The position numbers and the translations under genes were made by a program. A DNA stretch of 49,476 bases from Octopus bimaculoides (Eukaryota), in the NCBI RefSeq assembly GCF_001194135.2, contig NC_068981.1:66908417-66957892 (forward strand). Reading direction: 5' to 3'. Under the pieces are notes generated by a model. The model was not told the DNA's origin. It saw nothing but the letters and a program-made list of their open reading frames with translations, and ran no database searches. Of this stretch, positions 38,826-49,476 are shown piece after piece (position 1 is the stretch's first letter; the number at the start of each line of letters is the position of its first letter).

Positions 38826-39436
38826 TTAGGTTGTCAAGAAAGTTCTTGCGGAATGTTTAATTTTGGTTTTAAATTATGTATTTTCGAATTAATTTTCGTA
38901 AAATTACTTTGAATTTATATATCATTTTAAAGCCCGTTTTTCTCTCTATCTAATCGTGTTACTCTTCTTCATTTTGAATAATTAGGCCATTTTTTCCCCC
39001 GGAACGTTGAATACAACATGGACAAAAAGCAAATTCGCACAATGTCTTATTCCAGTTCAAGCTAGGCTGAAAAGCTGCGGAAACAGCTCGCGATATCAAC
39101 GGTGCGTTTGGCCCAGGAACCACTAATGAACGTACAACACAATGGTGGTTCAAGAAATTTCGTAGCGGTGACGATAGTCTTGAAGATGTCAACAACGATC
39201 AACGGATGTCAACAACGATCCACTAAGAGCCTTAGTCGAAGCCAATCCACGCACAACTGTTCGACAGCTTGCTTCTGAATTAAATGTAAAGTATACGACA
39301 ATTTCCAACCACATGAAAGAGATTGGAAAAACAAAAATACTTGAGAAATGGGCGCCGCACGAATTGAACAACAGCCTCCCCCCACCCCCAAAAAACGCAG
39401 TTTTGAAGTGTCGTCTTCCCTTCTTTTACGCAAAAC
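38826..39436 (+). mobile_element. Mariner transposon 5' half (left TIR plus transposase N-terminus, pseudogenised)
   Basis: TA plus ttaggttgtcaagaaagttcttgcgg is an Hsmar1-like TIR. ATG at 39018; LFQFKLG*KAAETARDINGAFGPGTTNERTTQWWFKKFRSGD...NPRTTVRQLASELNV...KWAPHEL. The element is truncated before the DD34D domain. Confidence 0.92.
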
Positions 39437-39883
39437 GACTTCTTGATCTCTTATCTTGAAGGAGCCTTTCACACATTTGAACAACGGAATGAGAGAAATT
39501 ACTGACTTTTCACCGCACATACACACATTAATATTACTAAATATATCTCACTTTTCCGTTTTGAACTTTGTCTACACTAGCCGAAAGCTAAAAATTTTGT
39601 TTCATGCTCGGAATATCTTAAATTGCAGTTTAGAACTAACATCTTTCTGCAGATACGTAGCTAATTATTTATTTTAAAAAAGTACACGTCGATATAATTA
39701 TCTTGATTAATTTATATCACACTCTGTTTTGTCAAATACTCATTAACACTTTATATCAATCTGATTGGCTTTAGGTGCATTTAGTTCTTATCACAAAAAT
39801 TTACAACACTCAAACGTTTCTTCTTGAGTACATTCGTATTTCCAGACACCATACATAATAACGCTGTCATTATGTATACACAC

Positions 39884-40160
39884 TAAGGCGACGAGCTGGC
39901 AGAATCGTTAGCACGCCGGGCAGAATGCTTAACAGCATTTCGTCCGTTTTTACGTTCTGAGTTCAAATTCCGCCAAGGTCGAATTTGCCTTTCATCCTCT
40001 TGGGGTGGAGAAATTAAGTACCATTAAATACCAGGGTCAATGTAATCGACTATCCCCCCCCCCACAAAAAATAATTGCAGGTCTTGTGTTTATAGTAAAT
40101 ATAATCGACTATCTCCCTTCCCCACAATTTCAGGCCTTGTGCCTATAGTAGAAAGGATAA
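39884..40160 (+). mobile_element. tRNA-derived SINE
   Basis: A box gagctggcagaatcg, B box gagttcaaattcc, and internal duplication of the taatcgactatc segment. Confidence 0.9.
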
Positions 40161-40174
40161 TGTATACACATATT

Positions 40175-40833
40175 GGTTTCAAATTTTGGCAGAACGCCAG
40201 CAACTTCGGGATGGCGGTAAGTTGATTACATCTACCCCAGTACTTAACTGGTACTTATTGTATCAACCCCAAAAGGATGAAAGGCAAAGTCTACATTGGT
40301 GGAATTTGAACACAGAACGTAATGACGGACAAAATGCTGCTAAGCATTCTGTCCGGCGTGCTAACGATTCTGCCAGCTCGCTATCTTAATAACAGTAATA
40401 ATCCTTTCTACTAAAGACACAAGGCCTGAAATTTCGGTGGAGGGATCTAGCTGATTACATCGACACCATGTTTTATTGGTACTTAATTTCTCGATCCCGA
40501 AAGAATAAAGGACAAAGTCGACCACAGCGGAATTTGAACTCAGAACGTAACAATGGACGAAATGCCACTATGAATTTTGCCCGGTGTGCTAACGATTCTT
40601 ATTTCTTTATTGCTCACAAGGGGCTAAACATAGAGAGGACAAACAAGGACAGACAAAGGGATTAAGTCGATTACATCGACCCCAGTGCGTAACTGATACT
40701 TAATTTATCGACCCCGAAATGACGAAAGGCAAAGTTGACCTCGGCGGAATTTGAACTCAGAACGTAACGGCAGACGAAATACCGCTAAGTATTTCGTCCA
40801 GCGTGCTAACGTTTCTGCCAGCTCACCGCCTTA
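40175..40833 (-). mobile_element. Three tandem copies of the same SINE family (~40175-40388, ~40397-40599, ~40600-40833)
   Basis: Each contains gattacatcgacccc...gaaaggcaaagtcgac...ggaatttgaactcagaacgtaa...gtgctaacga, but each has a different tail. Confidence 0.9.
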
Positions 40834-40849
40834 ATTATGTATACACATA

Positions 40850-40953
<104 letters not shown>

Positions 40954-41099
40954 NNNNNNNNNNNNNNNNAAACTCTACATTTGTATTTTGTCCCCTCTCT
41001 GTTGAGCCCTGTGTGGCTAATAAAGAAACCTATCTATCTATCTATCATTCTTTTTGTCGTCAGTATCATTTATGTTTTGGTTTATAATGAAAGTGAAAT

Positions 41100-41314
41100 A
41101 AAATTTAAACTTCCAAATTATGGCACGTGGCCAGTAATTTTAGTGGGAGGGAGTTGTCCAATGACAGCGACCCCAGTACATTACTGATACTTTATTTTAT
41201 CGATTCTGCAAAGATGAAATGCAAAGTTGACCTCGGTAGTATTTGAACTCAAAACGCGAAGAGTTAGAAAATTGTTCTTCATTGCGCTAACAATTTTGCC
41301 AACTTGCTGCTTTA
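41100..41314 (-). mobile_element. Older copy of the same SINE, followed by (AAC)/(AAT)n
   Basis: gaccccagtac...gcaaagttgacctcggtagtatttgaactcaaaacg. Confidence 0.8.
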
Positions 41315-41350
41315 GGAACAACAACAACAACAACAACAACAATAATAATG

Positions 41351-41406
<56 letters not shown>

Positions 41407-43014
41407 ACTACTAATAATAATAATAATATAGATATCACTGTCTTTCGAATAGTTTCTGCCTACCAAGTTCCTTTCACAAAGAATCCAGAGATTATGGTAA
41501 GAAAACTTTTCCAAGGTGATCAAACGTAGAATTACGTGTTTGTGACGCAAACTTGTTAGCTTAACAGCCATACCTACGTTGGCTGATGTTAGCCGTTGAG
41601 TGAAATGGATGATATTACGTGACATGTGAGCCTTTCTTAAGTGCATTAATAATGTACGTGAAGTAAATTCGTTTACAGCGGGAACTGAAATGAATTCGTT
41701 ATGCTGGTTCGTTAGTAATCCTCATTCTTGCTCTACAGTACATTCAAAATGACAAACGTAAATATATTAGGTTTTGAATTAAAACACTGTATTTTAAACG
41801 TGGAGAAACTATAAGGCGAGACGTTAATGCCTTCGGAATAAGCATTAATGCATAAGTGAATGAATTGGCTTTAAAAAAGGATAGAACATTATAAGCTAAA
41901 TCATGAGTTTGCAGGATGAGTATCTCCTTTATTATTGCATGCCTGATCACAAGAGTGTATTAGAAGAAATTTTAGTTTTAGGAATGGAAAAATACTGAAG
42001 AAGCGGTAAATTCCAAGAGATAAATGGAAGTACCAAAAAACAAGCGTTAAGCTCCCTGTAGTTTTAAAGAGGAACTACCAAAGAAAAACGGTAAGCTCCT
42101 TTAGAATAGATACCATGATGCAAATGGTTTTAATTTACTTGCACTAATGCGCTCGGGAAGTATATAATTGCACGATATCATACTGATCACTGTTATGAAA
42201 ATATAAAAATCATGTGTAAAGATTATGTTTGCAACAGAGTTAACAGACTAGAGGCCTACGTTGACATAAAAAAATCATTTACGTATTTCAAAATCCAAGC
42301 AATTTACAACTGAAACACCGCCTCTCCATAGAAGGTTTATTTCCTAGTACATTAACCAATAATTATCATAGATAATACGTTGTTAATTGTTTTATACTGA
42401 TTTAAATATGATTAACTTTCTCTTCAACTAACCTATTATTTTTATGTTCTGTTTTTACAAAGACACCAAAATATTGTTATTATCTTGTCTCTGATGTTTA
42501 CAATTTTGAAGATGGAGGTAGACTATAAATCTTTGGAACTTTTATGAATATACATTATAGAACTCGATGAATTTCATGAAAGAATTTCTGTGATATAAAA
42601 TATTTAAACTCGGCCATAAAATGTAATAAAAACAATAGTGTTTTATACAGAAATATTTTTTTCTCACCGATAATTTTCTTTGTTATGAAGAATATATATT
42701 CCTCTATAAAAATGCAAAACACCATTAAAAATCATTATATATATATATATATATATATGATACATCCCAATATTTCTTTGTTTAAAAAAGATTTATTATT
42801 TGGGCTGTGGGGTTATAAAAACCAACAAACTTTTGGACTATAAAACTTACGCATTTATGCTCAAATCAGGCTGAGTTCATCTTTGTATGTCACCCATTAA
42901 AGAAGTACGCATCTAGTACTAAGATCAATATGGTACCTTAAAGTCAACCAAATTACCTCTCCTAAAACTAGTTGGGCTTGTGCCAATGTCACAACTTATC
43001 ATTATCCTCATTAT

Positions 43015-43247
43015 TAAGGCGGCGAGCTAGCAGAGGCGTTAACAGGTCGAACAAAATGCTTAGCGGCATTTCGTCCGTCGTTACGTTTTGAGTTCAAATT
43101 TCACTGAGTTCAACTTTACCTTTTACCTTTCATCCTTTCAGAGTCGATAAATTGAGTGCTAGTGAAATACTGGGGTTGATATAATCGACTAGTCCTCTCC
43201 CGCAAAATTTCAGGCCTTGTGCTTTTAGTAGAAAGTATTATTATTAT
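43015..43247 (+). mobile_element. tRNA-derived SINE
   Basis: aaggcggcgagctagcagag...gagttcaaatt...caggccttgtgcttttagtagaaag(tat)n. Confidence 0.88.
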
Positions 43248-43440
43248 GTTTTGGGATGTGGATAGGAAAATTGCTAGAGCAAGAAACACAGTAACTTGCG
43301 GTATTTAATTGTGCTTCTCCTTATGATGAAAATTCAGATTCCGAGACTAAATACAATAAGTATTGAGTATTTAATTGACTGTTCCTTTCTCTAACAACTT
43401 GTGATTTTGTGTCAATGTTAGGCAATATTATCATTCACAA

Positions 43441-43669
43441 TAAGGCAGTAAGTTGGCAGAATCGTTATCGCGCCGGGCAAAATATTCAGCGGCATTTCGC
43501 CCCTCTCTACGTTCTGAGTTTAAATTCTGCCGATGTCGACTTTACCTTTCACGCTCTCAGTGTCGATAAAATAAGCACCAGTTGAACTACAGGGCCGATG
43601 TAACCGACCTTATATACCCTTCCCGAAATTGCTTGTCTTGTACAAACATTTGAAATCAGTATTATCATT
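43441..43669 (+). mobile_element. tRNA-derived SINE
   Basis: taaggcagtaagttggcagaatcgttatcgcgccgggc...gagtttaaattctgcc. Confidence 0.85.
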
Positions 43670-44039
43670 AACCTGAAATTACATGTGCGAACAGCTATGC
43701 TGTTGTTTTCATTGAAGAGCTAGTGTAAATATTTGCGAAGTGATTGATACAATAAAAGTTAGCAGCAAACTGAGCCTGCAATATTCATTGATTACCTGGT
43801 TTTTTTAGCGTTATTTGNNNNNNNNNNNNNNNNNNNNNNNNNNNNNNNNNNNNNNNNNNNNNNNNNNNNNNNNNNNNNNNNNNNNNNNNNNNNNNNNNNN
43901 NNNNNNNNNNNNNNNNNNNNNNNNNNNNNNNNNNNNNNNNNNNNNNNNNNNNNNNNNNNNNNNNNNNNNNNNNNNNNNNNNNNNNNNNNNNNNNNNNNNN
44001 NNNNNNNNNNNNNNNNNNNNNNNNNNNNNNNNNNNNNNN

Positions 44040-44324
44040 AAAAAGCTCCACGAGGCTCCGGCAGGGGATGGTGGCGAACCCTGCTGTACTCTTCCACCAC
44101 AACTTTCTCTCACTCTTACTTCCTGTTTCTGTTGTGCCTGTAATTCAAAGGGTCATCCTTGTCACACTGTGTCACGCTGAATATCCCCGAGAACTACGTT
44201 AAGGGTACACGTTTCTATGGAGTGCTCAGCCACTTGCACGTTAATTTCACGAGCAGGCTGTTCCGTTGATCGGATCAACTGGAACCCTCGACGTCGTAAG
44301 CGACAGGGTGCCAACAACAACAAC
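44040..44324 (+). mobile_element. Second copy of the young (AAC)n-tailed SINE (head lost in N gap)
   Basis: Reverse complement of ~37985-38270 with about 10 mismatches counted by eye. Confidence 0.92.
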
Positions 44325-46002
44325 TATACCTATAAGTACTTCTGAAAATCACTAATTTAAGCTTATAAAACGTTTATAAAGATTTCCGTGTTTTTGATAT
44401 TTATCTTAATGTTTGCCTAAGACTATTGAACTATTGATATAAAGTGTATCAACTACAAATACAACAATATACAGCGGTTGGATACGAATCACTATACCTT
44501 CAGGTAACAACCCGGAACTCCATCAAATACTTTCTGATATCAACTACTCCCTGCTACAGTCGAAAATAATAAACAAAAGACTTTCTGTAATTACTAAAGC
44601 AAAATTAAGTGAACATTGAATGATTGATTTTTTTTTTCATCTTTGTCAAGTGTATGTTATCTTAGTAGAAGTTATATCTATACCTCACACTGATTAAGTC
44701 AAGAAATCAAACTGATGATTAAATGAAATTTACTCACATGAATTTACCTCCATAAATTTGTAGCTTAAAAATGAAATGAAATAACTCTAGAAGGATGCAC
44801 TGTCGATTCATAGATTAACCTACCAACCGTCAAAGTAGAAATAAATCTTACACTTTTTTGTAGGAAAGGTAGCATAGTTGATTGCTAGTATTTTATAGAC
44901 TCCTGGAGATTGAAATTTCATAATCGAGAGGACAGAAGATTTAGTGCGTATCTTAATACAAGTCATTTAGTGTAATGATATACTTGTCTGCTAAATCATC
45001 GCTCCAACGTATGCCGTTAAGTACAATACTTTGATATGATATACGAGATAGGCTCCTTATATCTTTCAGTTGTTTTTGGTGAGTTATCGTCGGGAGAGAC
45101 AGTTCAGATTTTTGGAATTTAGTAAATTGTTATTTTTTTTATAGCAGAAGAGATAGTTTTCTCCATTTTGAATTTAATCAACTTATTGAAAGTTTGCCAT
45201 AACGTTATTGGAAATATGAGTTTCATTATTGAAAACCTACTTTGAATGTTTAGTTAATAATAAATCATTGGCTGACGGTTCTCCGGATATATTGGAAGAT
45301 GCATGTCTATTGATTCTTTCTTTCTTTACGTTGCTACCAAAGTAATTTGCTTTGTGGTTACTTTCTTCTTTTTTTAAAATTCCAATTTGCAATGAACTAA
45401 CTACATTATCAAGAAAAAAAGAAGGAGAATGATAGGCCATATTTTAAATTAACAGAAATGTGGGGAACATTAAATTTTAAATACTTCATGACATAAATTG
45501 AATTTTGCTAGATTATTCCCCACCGTAGAAAGAACACATCAACAACCACACGGCGAGTCGATTAAGAAGTCTACTTATATAATATTTCTTAAAGCGCCTT
45601 CCACAAGAATAGTTGTATGTATATTTGTATGACCTGCTTACACAGAAAAAAAAAAAATGTCTGCCGTAAAGAAAGAAGCAAACTCTAGTCAATCTGAATT
45701 TCTGTTCCAGCTCCGATTCTTGATTGGAAACTCCATTTCACGTGTACCATTACTGTTTCTGGTAAATATATATATAATGTATGTATCTAGATATCTAACT
45801 AATGTTTCTTTTAAAGTATTGGATTCTTTACAACACAGGAATAGGAAAATGGAGCGTATGAGATTCAAGTTTTACCAAGATTTTATGGCTGTAAGTAAAA
45901 ATGCTTTAGTTCCAATCTTTACAGGTTTTACGACTCTTAGGCAAAGCGTGTAAATGACAACTTCGAAATTAAGAGAGAGATTCTTGACCAATTGTTTTTT
46001 TG

Positions 46003-46040
<38 letters not shown>

Positions 46041-48658
46041 CAAATTAAAAGGGTAAAGGATTATCAATTTATTAATTAATAAATCAATTAATAATTAATA
46101 ATTTTTTTACCAAGCCCATCGGTATGAAAGCACCATTATTGGTGGAGAACTTATTCAAAAGCTCATATATATTTATAAATATAATTATAAATATTTATTT
46201 ATTTATTTATTTATTTATATATTTATATATATATCATCGATTTTGATTCGGTGGGAATCAGTTTCATTTGTCATGGATTCTGTCTGAGATTTGCAGCCTT
46301 GTATTATATTTTCTTATATAATTTTATATGAATACTATTATGTGTAGTCCTAATATATATAGTATTTCTTAAAGTTAATGTCGCCAGTTATTATATGTTC
46401 CTATATTCCATATTACCTCCGCCATTCGTAAAATATTACGAACAACTCAAACGCCGTAAGTCTACTGTTATATGGATGATCTTTTAACATTTTAAGCAAT
46501 TTGGTGACTTTCTTTTGCTATATTTCCTCCTTTCAATCTAATCTTTGATGAAACCGGTCTACTTTATAATATTCGATTTAGCGCCTCATTTTAGTTCGGA
46601 AGATATTCAATATATATTCATTGTTTCTCTTACTGCAAGAATCATCATATCTTACTTCGTAATAATTGCAGGAGGATTGTAAATTCTAGTTATTATCACA
46701 TCGATAATATTTTCTTCACCAACATCTTCAGGAATATGGTGCTCCATGTTTTTCGAATAATGTGGATTCTTTGAACTTCAAGGTAAACTTTTATATATCT
46801 CTTCAGTCTTGCTAAAATCTTTTGCTTCATCTGAACTCCATCAAGTTTTTGCTTTTCTTGAATTTTTCAGAATCATCGACAGAAACCTTGAATTTTGATT
46901 TCTGCCTAGTACTGATCATACCTAGTTCTTAATTTATTGTGCTTGCCATACTCTTTAGAACTATTAAAATTCGATAAGATGTTGAAGATAGTTCAGGTAG
47001 TTCGATTCCCAAATTAGTCGATTTAACGTATCCAGTTCAATTCTTTATTCTTAACATACCAATAATTCGACTTTGAAATAAATTTTGTTCAAAATAATGA
47101 AATAAGTACCAATATTCTACGGAAGTTGATTTGATCGTCAATGTCCCCATTTCCTGTACAAAACTGCTCTCGAGCCTAATAAAAAGAAAATAAAACTTAT
47201 GTTGTAAAAACACAGAACCAGATATAGTAAAGATTTTTGACGGCATAGAGTGAAGCGAATTTCCCAAAAAGTCGAAATATCAGAATATATTTCTCATTCA
47301 CAACTGGAACAAATTCATTCAGCTTATGATATTAGGAGTCAAAATTGTATGATCTTTTCTATGAATATCAGAAACACCTTTTCTAACTATATAAAAATAA
47401 AAACAGCAACCAAATAAATAAAGCAGTAATTACAAGATTGTGTCTTCAAATCTTTCTGATGAAGGAAAGTCCCTTCATACCATACTCAATCAATGACAGC
47501 ATTTTGGGGGAAATTCCCCCCCCCCCACCAAAAGAAAAAAAAGCGAAGAAGCCATAATTCATTTTTATATTTAAGCATGAAATTACCTATCCTATGTGCA
47601 CGTGGATAGTACTATCCTCATCAACACTCATAACATCAACACTCATAACATTTGAATTATACGAGATTTGTGCTTTAGGTGCGCCAATAGCTATAATTAA
47701 TACAGTGTATTCAACAATGAAGTAATAATAATAAGAGCAGGTGTTCAGATGTAGAATGGAGAGGCCTATCTCATTAAAAAATTTATGTGACTGGATGTGT
47801 TTAAGTGTGTGCGTGCGTGCGAGTGTTTAGATAAATATGTGTGTGTGTGTTTTTGTGTGTGTGTGAGTGAGTGCGTGTATGTGGTGAATATCAACTTAAA
47901 TTACATAGAGAACAGGCACATGCTATTATATAACCAAGGTTTGCATTCACTTCAAGTGATTGTATATTGTAAACGATAGAATGAGTGTAATTCACAAGTA
48001 TATACATGCGTGCACAAATATACGCGTACATACATTGATAGGTCACACACACAGTAACGTACAAGTATATATAAATATATATATTTTTTATATCGATTCT
48101 ACTTATTGTTAAATAATTTTATATATNNNNNNNNNNNNNNNNNNNNNNNNNNNNNNNNNNNNNNNNNNNNNNNNNNNNNNNNNNNNNNNNNNNNNNNNNN
48201 NNNNNNNNNNNNNNNNNNNNNNNNNNNNNNNNNNNNNNNNNNNNNNNNNNNNNNNNNNNNNNNNNNNNNNNNNNNNNNNNNNNNNNNNNNNNNNNNNNNN
48301 NNNNNNNNNNNNNNNNNNNNNNNNNNNNNNNNNNNNNNNNNNNNNNNNNNNNNNNNNNNNNNNNNNNNNNNNNNNNNNNNNNNNNNNNNNNNNNNNNNNN
48401 NNNNNNNNNNNNNNNNNNNNNNNNNNNNNNNNNNNNNNNNNNNNNNNNNNNNNNNNNNNNNNNNNNNNNNNNNNNNNNNNNNNNNNNNNNNNNNNNNNNN
48501 NNNNNNNNNNNNNNNNNNNNNNNNNNNNNNNNNNNNNNNNNNNNNNNNNNNNNNNNNNNNNNNNNNNNNNNNNNNNNNNNNNNNNNNNNNNNNNNNNNNN
48601 NNNNNNNNNNNNNNNNNNNNNNNNNNNNNNNNNNNNNNNNNNNNNNNNNNNNNNNNNN

Positions 48659-48702
<44 letters not shown>

Positions 48703-49154
48703 GAAAGACAAACGTACAAACAGCAGAAAAGCAACTGGCAAAACACAAAAATTACATGACCTGGAGCAAATCGGGATATATTTCATCCATTGCTTGCAAA
48801 GAAAATGACCACAATAGTGCCATTCGGTCTTTGTAGTTAAACATAATGGAATTACACAAAAAAAGTAGAAAAAATCCCCCAACAAAAGCAACAACAGAGA
48901 CAATACAAAAGACATGATACAGACAGGAGGAATGAATAAATACAGGAATAAATGATTGAATGAATAAATGTCATTGGAAACCCAAAGATCATTGTATATC
49001 TTTTTTTTCTTTCGTTAGCACCTCGAAATGAAAATAGCTAAGAAGTAGGGGGCTTCTTATGAATGATTTTGGCGAGAGATTCTTGAAAAGAAGGACATTT
49101 TTCGCAAGTTCTGCATACATATGTATGTATGTATGCATGTGTGTGTTGTGTGTA

Positions 49155-49209
<55 letters not shown>

Positions 49210-49426
49210 TTATAGTTATATACACACAAACGTATATCTCTCTCTATATATTACGTGTATGTATACATACACTGATACTTGCATGCATCTCTATGCATAT
49301 GGAATAATATACATATGTACGCATATACAGACATTTGAAAATACATATTGTACACACACATATATCTATATCTCTCTGTACACACGCACACACACGTTTA
49401 TATATATATATATATACATAGACACA

Positions 49427-49476
<50 letters not shown>

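Noticed and set aside
47452-47490. CTGATGA followed by a GAAGG/CCTTC stem
   Set aside because: It lacks the downstream GAAA and helices I and III.

Overview
This is AT-rich, microsatellite-dense eukaryotic non-coding DNA with many N gaps. The tRNA-derived SINE families resemble those of Octopus/coleoid cephalopods (inference from recalled repeat families, not a database search). No intact host protein-coding gene is supported, and almost every ORF in the supplied track is a microsatellite or N-gap artefact. The window is a graveyard of transposable elements: Penelope-like element (PLE) remnants, CR1/L2-type LINE RT fragments, a HERO-like restriction-endonuclease retroelement tail, mariner and Tc1-like transposase remnants, and more than 15 SINE copies. 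Three things stand out. (1) Several type I hammerhead-ribozyme motifs with palindromic helix III (3065-3158, 14189-14224, 15512-15546, 17071-17160, 32602-32657, plus degenerate ones); one is overlapped by a near-perfect antisense hairpin. (2) Two multi-kb nested inverted-repeat (foldback) structures, one centred on a head-to-head (TTAGGG)n/(CCCTAA)n array. (3) A nested LINE/SINE/mariner cluster with a clear TSD and a 31-bp templated filler insertion.
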